Below are positions 26,771 to 33,587 of a stretch of 64,000 nucleotides of DNA, in pieces. This DNA comes from Nitrospiria bacterium. GTDB taxonomy: Bacteria; Nitrospirota; Nitrospiria; SBBL01; JAADHI01. The stretch covers positions 3,588 to 67,587 of the forward strand of contig CALZIJ010000009.1 in the NCBI GenBank assembly GCA_945787655.1, written 5' to 3'. The position numbers and the translations under genes were made by a program. Below the pieces are notes generated by a model. That model searched no databases, was not told where the DNA came from, and saw only the letters and a list, made by a program, of their open reading frames with translations. Position 1 is the first letter of the stretch. Each line of letters opens with the position of its first letter.

Positions 26771-27903
26771 TGGTCGCTTGAGACTCCTTTCTCTTCAAAA
26801 AACTGAAAAGAACCGGGACTGTCCGAGGAAGGTTTTGACGAAATGGAAGCCGGTGCGTCAAGGTATTGAAACACATTGATCCGATGATTGTATTGATCGG
26901 CGACGTAAATACGATTGTTTTGATCGACGGTTAAACCAGCTGGCAGCCAAAACTGACCGTTTCGCCCGCCAAATTCACCGAAGAAAAGAAGCAGACGCCC
27001 CGACTGATCGAATATCTGAACATTGTTAAACCGGGAATCCACGACATAGATATGGCCTTCGGAATCCACGCCAACGCCTTTAGGCAAAGAGAACTGGCCA
27101 AACCCCGTACCGACACTCCCAAACTTGGACAGAAATTTCCCCTCGGCATCGAAAACCTGAACCCTGAAATTCATATCAGTGATGTATATTTTCCCTGACC
27201 GATCAATAGAGAGGTTGGCGGGAAAATTAAATTTCCCATCTTCTGTGCCGCGGCCCCCAAATTCAAAAAGAAACTTTCCCTCGGTATCGTAAACAAGCAC
27301 AGCATGTTTACGCGTATCTACAATATAAACCCGTTTAAGGCCATCATTTACAGCAATACCGACGGGATGTTCCATTTCATTCTCATTACCGAAATTAAAA
27401 AGAAACTTTCCTTCAGTATCATAAACAAACGCTTTTCGGTGTACAGTATCCGTTGCGTAAACCCGGCCTTGCTGGTCCACCGTCACACCCAAAGGGCCGG
27501 AAAGCGCCCCTTCCCCGTCTACACCAATCATGGAAAATTGCTTTTGTTTTTCATCAAAAACCAGGATTTTCCGCCACCCCGAATCAGCAACATAAACACG
27601 GCCTTCCGGTGTCGCAAAAACGGCATAGGGTTTTACTAAAGACGCCGAGGATTTCGCGCCAAAAAGAAAGGCTTTCACATGATCAGTCCATTTTTTCTCC
27701 TCTACATCAGTGGAAGAAGAAATGGTTTTGATAAACTTGATCCGCGGCGGCTCCGGAGGGGAAGGCCACACGATCTCCGGGCTGGATTTTAAGGCTTTAC
27801 CCCCGCATCCGAAAAGAATCAGTACCAGAAAAACCAGGAGAACATTACGTAACCGAATCGAAAAAAAGATACCGCCTCCTATTTTTGATGACAGGTCAAA
27901 CAC
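26767..27903 (-). CDS. Six-bladed NHL-repeat beta-propeller lipoprotein
   Basis: GTG start 27903. Lipobox-like LILFGCGG. Repeats YVADSGWRKILVFD, YATDTVHRKAFVYD, YIVDTRKHAVLVYD, YITDMNFRVQVFD, YVVDSRFNNVQIFD, YVADQYNHRINVFQ. Overlaps the upstream gene by 25 nt and the downstream gene by 4 nt. Confidence 0.85.
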   Translation of the reverse strand: MFDLSSKIGGGIFFSIRLRNVLLVFLVLILFGCGGKALKSSPEIVWPSPPEPPRIKFIKTISSSTDVEEKKWTDHVKAFLFGAKSSASLVKPYAVFATPEGRVYVADSGWRKILVFDEKQKQFSMIGVDGEGALSGPLGVTVDQQGRVYATDTVHRKAFVYDTEGKFLFNFGNENEMEHPVGIAVNDGLKRVYIVDTRKHAVLVYDTEGKFLFEFGGRGTEDGKFNFPANLSIDRSGKIYITDMNFRVQVFDAEGKFLSKFGSVGTGFGQFSLPKGVGVDSEGHIYVVDSRFNNVQIFDQSGRLLLFFGEFGGRNGQFWLPAGLTVDQNNRIYVADQYNHRINVFQYLDAPASISSKPSSDSPGSFQFFEEKGVSSDQ

Positions 27904-28685
27904 AATGCGCTGCCTCGATTGGACGTTCTCAAAAACGGGTCCCGCCCCTGCAAATTCTTTTCATCCGGACTGTGAATATCGTGACAAGATGCGCATTGCA
28001 CCTTATCTCCCTCAAATGTTTGCACACCATTTGGAAACATTCGGCCGCCATCCGTCTTTAAGATCGTGGGCTGATTAAACTGCGGATCAAGGTCTAGCGA
28101 AGGATAAACCATAGAAAAAGCATGATCATCCCTTAAATCCTTTGTAAAATAACGTATCGTCGCATCATGCGCGCCTGACACGCCCCCATATGCGCCTTCG
28201 GAACGATTGTGGCATTTGGAACAGGCGTCCGAACCGGGTTCCCCTTCAAGCGTCATCCTGTGTTTGACGCCCGCATCATTGATATTGTGAAACTTGGGGG
28301 GTTTTAATACGGAATCCACCGCCACAGAACCGTCGTGACAAGAAAGACATGCGAGCGAAATCCCATCCGGTGCTTTAGGTGGAGTGGAATCAAAATTGGG
28401 ACTGGAGTACATCCGGTATTGCCGTTCTTCCGGCAGTTCCCGATTCCAAAGCGGGGCGTAACTGCTGCTGTTGTGAGGCGTATGGCAATAGACGCAGGAT
28501 TCGCGATAGTCGCTAAATGTGCCGCCCTGCATGGGTCCGGTTTCAGCCTGATATCCCCGCCAGTTTAACGCGGACAAATCATGGCGGGAACGGACAATCG
28601 ATCCACCTTTCGCTGAAGCAGAGAACATCAATAGAAGACCTGCGATGGAGAACAGGACAACAACCTTTATCCCTTTTATGTTCAC
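27879..28685 (-). CDS. Pentahaem cytochrome c (periplasmic/secreted), first gene of the operon
   Basis: 268 aa. GTG start 11 nt after AAGGAGG (28697-28703). Signal peptide LLLMFSASA/KG. CVYCH, CLSCH, CSKCH, CASCH, CLTCH. Confidence 0.9.
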   Translation of the reverse strand: MNIKGIKVVVLFSIAGLLLMFSASAKGGSIVRSRHDLSALNWRGYQAETGPMQGGTFSDYRESCVYCHTPHNSSSYAPLWNRELPEERQYRMYSSPNFDSTPPKAPDGISLACLSCHDGSVAVDSVLKPPKFHNINDAGVKHRMTLEGEPGSDACSKCHNRSEGAYGGVSGAHDATIRYFTKDLRDDHAFSMVYPSLDLDPQFNQPTILKTDGGRMFPNGVQTFEGDKVQCASCHDIHSPDEKNLQGRDPFLRTSNRGSALCLTCHQK

Positions 28686-28790
28686 CTCGGCAAATGCCTC
28701 CTTTAGATGAAGCTGAATGGCTCATAAAAGGCCGATATCAGGAAAAACTGACTTATCTGTCAGAAAAAAATCCCAATATAATCCGGGATC

Positions 28791-28818
28791 ACTATAAATT
28801 TATTTTCAAATTTGTCAA
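28791..28818 (-). promoter_or_regulatory. Sigma-70-like promoter candidate for the cytochrome operon (TTGACA-16 nt-TATAGT on the minus strand)
   Basis: Reverse complement of 28813-28818 is TTGACA. Reverse complement of 28791-28796 is TATAGT. Spacer is 16 nt. Lies about 100 nt upstream of the GTG at 28685. Confidence 0.4.
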
Positions 28819-28834
28819 GAAATTTGTCAAGAAA
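28808..28834. repeat. Tandem 12-bp direct repeat AAATTTGTCAAG x2 (plus AAA)
   Basis: 28808-28819 and 28820-28831 are identical. Each unit carries TTGACA on the minus strand. Located in the divergent intergenic region. Confidence 0.9.
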
Positions 28835-28909
28835 AAAGGAATCCCGTTTTAAGTTTGAGTCTTTGAGCTGACCAGTGGAAGGGAAAGTCTGAACTTAAAA
28901 TAAAAGCGG

Positions 28910-28939
28910 TTGACAAAATTAAAAACGGTATGGTACTAA
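28910..28939 (+). promoter_or_regulatory. Sigma-70-like promoter candidate for the c7-type cytochrome genes (TTGACA-18 nt-TACTAA with TG extension)
   Basis: TTGACA 28910-28915. TGgTACTAA 28931-28939. About 35 nt upstream of the ATG 28974, which is preceded by AGGGAGGG. Confidence 0.35.
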
Positions 28940-28973
28940 TCCACCAACTTTTCATATTTTCAAGGGAGGGATA

Positions 28974-29360
28974 ATGAAAAAGGCGCGTGTAGGCACAATA
29001 TTGGGATTGGCCATTCTGTTTTCGTTCTTCTTCGTTGAAGACCGTGCATCTGGATATTTTGGCGACATGGTTCTAAACAGTAAGGCCGAAAAAAGAGGGA
29101 TGCCACCAGTCGTCTTCCCTCACTGGTATCACAGGGCGGAATTTAAATGTAAGGTTTGCCATCCTGCAATTTTTGAAATGCGATCCGGTGCCAATGATAT
29201 TGACATGAAAAAGATTGTTGTGGACGGTCAGTACTGTGGGAAATGTCATAACGGAACCATCTCATGGAAGCCGATCGAATGTGCACGCTGTCACTCCGGT
29301 ACTCCCGGAATGGAAACTGGAGTCCTGGAAGGGTTCCCCTGGAAGGGGCCTTCAAAGTAA
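28974..29360 (+). CDS. Small periplasmic c7-type trihaem cytochrome
   Basis: 128 aa with signal peptide. VVFPHWYHRAEFKCKVCHPAIFEMRSG...IVVDGQYCGKCHNG...IECARCH gives three CXXCH in the spacing of c7/c3-like trihaem domains. Confidence 0.85.
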   Translation: MKKARVGTILGLAILFSFFFVEDRASGYFGDMVLNSKAEKRGMPPVVFPHWYHRAEFKCKVCHPAIFEMRSGANDIDMKKIVVDGQYCGKCHNGTISWKPIECARCHSGTPGMETGVLEGFPWKGPSK

Positions 29361-29482
29361 GGCTTGTCTGATATTTTAAACGGATGGTATGATGAGAAGA
29401 ATGGAGTTTAAAATATCACAAACCTTAGGAAAGTAAGTCTCAACGAAGCATATACTTTTGATCGATATTTGGAGGGGTTTTA

Positions 29483-30178
29483 ATGGCCGGGGCAAAAGGA
29501 CAAAAAAGATCAGCATTCACGGGAATTTTCATCGTGGCACTCTCGCTTGTTTCAATATATGCCTGTGTGCGTCAGGCAAAAAGCGAGACCGTCACTCCAG
29601 CAACACCAGCAAAAGATAAACCTGTTGTTGTTGCACAAGCTGCAGCGCCTATGCAGGTAGAAGAAAAAGAGCTCGCTGCTGAAAACAAACCTCAATCACT
29701 TGTTGCGCCTCGACCTGAAACAGGTCTACCGGTATTCGAAAGCCCTCACAACCTGCCGAAACCAGGGCCGCCCTTCAACAAGGAAAATTCAAACCCTGAT
29801 GTCGTCATGAAGAGCATCCCTAAAGAAGCCACGGGTTTGGAGGATTGGGTCAAAGCATTCCAGGAAGATAAAATCAACCCACACGAATCTCTGGATTTGG
29901 ATAAAAAACATACCCCTCCCCTAAAATTTGATGTGGAAATTCCAGCGGTTGGCTCTATGCCCAATGTGATTTTTCCGCATGAGCCGCATACTTACTGGCT
30001 CGATTGCACCAATTGCCACCCAGGGATTTTCATGATGAAAAAAGGAGGGAACCCCATCTCCATGGTTAAAATTGTCAATGGTGAATTTTGCGGCCGTTGT
30101 CATGGAAGGGTGGCTTTCCCGATTGCCAATTGCACGCGTTGCCATGTTAAACCAAAAGAGGAAGCTTCTGCAAAATAA
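29483..30178 (+). CDS. Membrane-anchored c7-type trihaem cytochrome with long Pro/Ala-rich linker
   Basis: 231 aa. N-terminal anchor FTGIFIVALSLVSIYACV. About 110-aa low-complexity linker (TPATPAKDKPVVVAQAAAP...LPKPGPP). C-terminal VIFPHEPHTYWLDCTNCHPGIFMMKKG...IVNGEFCGRCHG...NCTRCH. Confidence 0.85.
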   Translation: MAGAKGQKRSAFTGIFIVALSLVSIYACVRQAKSETVTPATPAKDKPVVVAQAAAPMQVEEKELAAENKPQSLVAPRPETGLPVFESPHNLPKPGPPFNKENSNPDVVMKSIPKEATGLEDWVKAFQEDKINPHESLDLDKKHTPPLKFDVEIPAVGSMPNVIFPHEPHTYWLDCTNCHPGIFMMKKGGNPISMVKIVNGEFCGRCHGRVAFPIANCTRCHVKPKEEASAK

Positions 30179-30201
30179 GCGGCAGGCATGTATTTGTTTC
30201 T

Positions 30202-30246
30202 ATGAAATCGCCCCGCAAGATGATTCATCTTGCGGGGCGATTTCAT
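30202..30246 (+). terminator. 45-nt perfect palindrome (22-bp arms) after the second c7 gene; likely terminator/insulator hairpin
   Basis: ATGAAATCGCCCCGCAAGATGA-T-TCATCTTGCGGGGCGATTTCAT centred on 30224. Starts 24 nt after the stop at 30178. No clean T-run follows the stem (ATCCTACACATATTTTT). Confidence 0.5.
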
Positions 30247-30271
30247 ATCCTACACATATTTTTCCAATGTT

Positions 30272-31090
30272 ATGAAAACCATTTTGATACTAAACTTAAT
30301 GCTCACCTTAATTTCCCCCTCTTTACTCAAAGCGGGAATCCTGGATAAAACGGATACTGCACGGGAAAACCTGATTGGTCCTGTAAAAAATGTCCACGTG
30401 GAAATTGCAAAAATCATTCAGGTTGACGGGGAATGGGTTGAAAAGGCGCCAATGCCCTGGCTGTCCACATTCTATGATCCACAAGGACACCGGACTAAAG
30501 AAGTTCAAATTTACACCAATCCCTCCCTGGATTTCACATCGACCTTTACACGTGACAAACACGGCCTGCTCATCGAAGGCACAGAATTCAATGCCGCCGA
30601 GGAGGTCGCCTTTAAGTGGACTTATACGCATGACCCGTCCCACCGTCACATCGAAGAACAGCGGTTTCAACCGGATGGGACTTTTTTCTCAAAAACCACC
30701 TATGAGTACGACAAAAATGGTAACCTCAGGGAAGAAAACCGTTTTCCGCCTCATACGCAGAACCATTTTAAATGGGTATACAAATACAACGACTCAGGGC
30801 TTCAGATTGAAGAGTCTCATTTTTTAATGCGTTCGGGCATTCGTCCCGGTCATGTAGAAAAATCGCTTAATTCACGGCGGGAGTTTGAATATGACAGAAA
30901 AGGCCGGATTAAAAAGGAAATCCGATACAATGGATCAGGGGAAATTGTGAGGATCATGGCCTACAAGTATACCTTTGATCAACGGGGCAACTGGGTCTCC
31001 CAAACAGCCATGGAATCTTTAAAATCACCGGGAAAATCCCCGCTTGTTCCCACTGAAATTACGCACCGTAAAATCACCTATCATCCATAA
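30272..31090 (+). CDS. Secreted protein with YD/RHS-like repeats (hypothetical)
   Basis: ATG 30272 (MKTILILNLMLTLISPSLLKA, a signal peptide) is preferred to the TTG 30230 inside the palindrome. Repeats such as YEYDKNGNLREE, YKYNDSGLQIEE, FEYDRKGRIKKEIRYNGSGEIV. Confidence 0.5.
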   Translation: MKTILILNLMLTLISPSLLKAGILDKTDTARENLIGPVKNVHVEIAKIIQVDGEWVEKAPMPWLSTFYDPQGHRTKEVQIYTNPSLDFTSTFTRDKHGLLIEGTEFNAAEEVAFKWTYTHDPSHRHIEEQRFQPDGTFFSKTTYEYDKNGNLREENRFPPHTQNHFKWVYKYNDSGLQIEESHFLMRSGIRPGHVEKSLNSRREFEYDRKGRIKKEIRYNGSGEIVRIMAYKYTFDQRGNWVSQTAMESLKSPGKSPLVPTEITHRKITYHP

Positions 31091-32244
31091 TGGGGGATGC
31101 ATTGACTTTTTCATTTCATAAAAAACAATTCATTTTAAGAATCTTGTTGATACTCATCCCTATTGTGGCTTTATCCGCATATCCTGTTTCCGCCCAACCC
31201 AGAGAAACAGTCCCCACACCGGCACAAACCAATCCCTCTTCCGGGTTATGGGAACATTACTTCCTGTTTTCAATTGTCCGGGCCTTGGCTTTTGATCAGG
31301 ATACCTTATGGGTAGGTACATCAAACGGGCTGTTGCAATACAATCTCTCCACCGGAGCACAACAGGTTTACACCGTCAAAGAAGGCTTGCTTTCCAATAT
31401 CATTCATGCCCTGGAAATCGCGCCAAATGGAGAAGTTTGGGTTGGCACAATCGGCGGTGGATTAAGCCTTCTTCGAGACGGGCAATGGCTAAACTACACC
31501 CCTTACGGCGCTGGATCAACCGTTTCTTACTGGAGCGACTGGCAGACATACTCAAAAGGAAAAGGCCTTGGAGATTTATGGGTATACGGGATTCACTTTG
31601 ATCCAAAGGGAACCATGTGGGTCGCCACATGGAAAGGCGTCAGCGTCTTCGACGGGGACACCTTTCATACTTACACAACCAAAGACGGCCTGGTTGATAA
31701 GTGGGTCTACACCATCACTCAAGATAAAAAAGGAAACTTCTGGTTTGGAACAGAAGCTGGCGTCAGCCGCTTTAATGGAAAAACATGGGCCAGCTGGGAT
31801 AATAAAGATGGTGTGGGGGCCGACATTGCCATGAGTACGCCGCCCGTGGCCCAAGGCTTGCCGTTCATGCCAAAACACCATGAAGGAGATCACAAACCGC
31901 TCTCATACAATCCGAATTACATCGTTTCATCAGCCATCGATTCAAAGGATCACCTTTGGGTGGGAACCCTTGGGGCCGGGCTTTCCCGGTTTGACGGGAA
32001 AAAATGGATCAGCTATTCCACCCAGGACGGACTTGCGGGAAACATGGTTCATGCCCTCAAATTTGATGCCTCCGGCATACTGTGGATCGGAACGGACGGT
32101 GGAGTGAGCCGTTTTGACGGAAAAACGTTTTCAAATCTCACAAAAAAAGATGGGATCGGCGCAGTATTTTCGATAGAAATTGACCGTCAAGGGCATAAAT
32201 GGTTTGGCTCTTTTGGGGTCGTCAGTCAATACCGAGGAAAATAA
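31090..32244 (+). CDS. Secreted stand-alone beta-propeller of the two-component-regulator propeller (Reg_prop) type
   Basis: Signal peptide LLILIPIVALSAYPVSA/QP. Repeats LWVGTSNGLLQYN, VWVGTIGGGLSLL, MWVATWKGVSVFDG, FWFGTEAGVSRFNG, LWVGTLGAGLSRFDG, LWIGTDGGVSRFDG. No kinase or output domain. TAATG junctions on both sides. Confidence 0.7.
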   Translation: MGDALTFSFHKKQFILRILLILIPIVALSAYPVSAQPRETVPTPAQTNPSSGLWEHYFLFSIVRALAFDQDTLWVGTSNGLLQYNLSTGAQQVYTVKEGLLSNIIHALEIAPNGEVWVGTIGGGLSLLRDGQWLNYTPYGAGSTVSYWSDWQTYSKGKGLGDLWVYGIHFDPKGTMWVATWKGVSVFDGDTFHTYTTKDGLVDKWVYTITQDKKGNFWFGTEAGVSRFNGKTWASWDNKDGVGADIAMSTPPVAQGLPFMPKHHEGDHKPLSYNPNYIVSSAIDSKDHLWVGTLGAGLSRFDGKKWISYSTQDGLAGNMVHALKFDASGILWIGTDGGVSRFDGKTFSNLTKKDGIGAVFSIEIDRQGHKWFGSFGVVSQYRGK

Positions 32245-32831
32245 TGGAACGAACCGAAGCAGAGTATCTTTTAAAAAAGACCATTCAAGATAGTATTCGA
32301 GTCAAGGAAAGTGTTTTGGCTCACTTAACCCCGACTATTATTTCAGTGGCCCAGGCCATCTCCGATTCGATTGCGGCAGGTGGGAAACTTATTCTTTTTG
32401 GAAACGGCGGAAGCGCTGGAGATGCACAACACATCGCGGCAGAACTGCTCGGCCGATTTGAACTGGAAAGACAAGCCCTGCCCGCTATTGCGCTCACCAC
32501 AAATACATCCACACTCACGGCCATTGGCAACGACTACGGTTACGACACTATTTTTTCTCGTCAAGTGGAAGGCTTGGCCAATACCGGAGATGTCGTCATT
32601 GGTATCAGCACCAGCGGGAATTCCCCGAATGTTGTCGAGGCCATTCGCGTTGCCAATAAAAAGGGAGCGGTCACCGTTGGTCTCACGGGAGAAAAAGGAG
32701 GACTGCTTTCCGACGAGTCTACGCATTGCCTAAAGGTTCCCTCTTCAAGCACCGCTCGCATCCAGGAATCACATATCATGATCGGGCACTTGCTTTGTCT
32801 GCTTGTTGAGAAGGAATTTTCTCCAAAATAG
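32244..32831 (+). CDS. gmhA: Phosphoheptose isomerase (SIS domain)
   Basis: LFGNGGSAGDAQHIAAEL, TALTTNTSTLTAIGNDYGYD, ISTSGNSPNV. ATG 32244 overlaps the preceding TAA. Confidence 0.8.
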   Translation: MERTEAEYLLKKTIQDSIRVKESVLAHLTPTIISVAQAISDSIAAGGKLILFGNGGSAGDAQHIAAELLGRFELERQALPAIALTTNTSTLTAIGNDYGYDTIFSRQVEGLANTGDVVIGISTSGNSPNVVEAIRVANKKGAVTVGLTGEKGGLLSDESTHCLKVPSSSTARIQESHIMIGHLLCLLVEKEFSPK

Positions 32832-32839
32832 TTGGAATA

Positions 32840-33550
32840 ATGCCTCAAAAAACCACCCCGGGCACACTTTATATTGTCAGTACCCCTATCGGGAACCTGG
32901 AAGATATCACCCTTCGGGCCATTCGTATTTTAAAAGAAGTAACCACCATTGCAGCAGAGGATACCCGGCAAACAGGTAAACTGCTGGCCCACTTTCAAAT
33001 CAACACCCCCATGACCAGTTATCATGATTTTAATAAAGAAGGAAAGACTCCTGTTTTTATTCAAAGAATGCAGAAAGGAGACTCCTTTGCGCTGGTTTCA
33101 GATGCAGGGACTCCAAGTATTTCAGATCCTGGATATTACCTGATAAGAACCGCGCTCTCCAAAGATATTCCCGTCTGTCCAATCCCCGGACCAGTCGCCC
33201 TGATTGCAGCACTCTCCGTTTCGGGGCTGCCGACGGACCGATTCGTTTTTGAGGGATTTTTGGCGCGAAAAAAAGGAAAACGTGATAAACAGCTCGAAGC
33301 CCTGAAAGACGAGCCGAGAACCCTTATTTTTTATGAATCCCCTTACCGAATTATTTCACTACTCAATGCTATCCTCACGCTCCTGGGCGATCGTGAAATC
33401 GTGATCGCCAGAGAATTGACCAAACTCCATGAAGAAACCATTAAAGGCTCTGTTTCGCAAGTATTAAATGATTTAAAAACAAAGAAATTTCGGGGAGAAG
33501 CCAGTATCGTTGTGGAAGGATACCGGCCGAAAAAGCAGTCTCAAACATAA
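32840..33550 (+). CDS. rsmI: 16S rRNA (cytidine1402-2'-O)-methyltransferase
   Basis: GTLYIVSTPIGNLEDITLRAI, AEDTR, SDAGTPSISDPG, IFYESPYR. Confidence 0.9.
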   Translation: MPQKTTPGTLYIVSTPIGNLEDITLRAIRILKEVTTIAAEDTRQTGKLLAHFQINTPMTSYHDFNKEGKTPVFIQRMQKGDSFALVSDAGTPSISDPGYYLIRTALSKDIPVCPIPGPVALIAALSVSGLPTDRFVFEGFLARKKGKRDKQLEALKDEPRTLIFYESPYRIISLLNAILTLLGDREIVIARELTKLHEETIKGSVSQVLNDLKTKKFRGEASIVVEGYRPKKQSQT

Positions 33551-33587
33551 GTTGGATTGCCAAAAACAGTGGAGTTTTCTAAAAAAA

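Noticed and set aside
28777-28782. Perfect TATAAT on the plus strand in the divergent intergenic region
   Set aside because: No acceptable -35 lies at 16-19 nt (TATCTG). It sits about 190 nt from the c7 start, whereas a better TTGACA/extended -10 pair lies closer. Kept only as a remote alternative.
28686-28973. Sigma-54 (-24/-12) promoter for the cytochrome operon, expected because of the nearby sigma-54 activator
   Set aside because: Reading both strands I found no TGGCAC-N5-TTGC(A/T)-like element. This was an eye scan only, so a degenerate site cannot be excluded.
30230-30271. TTG 30230 start for the YD-like protein
   Set aside because: It lies inside the 45-nt palindrome. ATG 30272 gives a clean signal peptide (MKTILILNLMLTL...).
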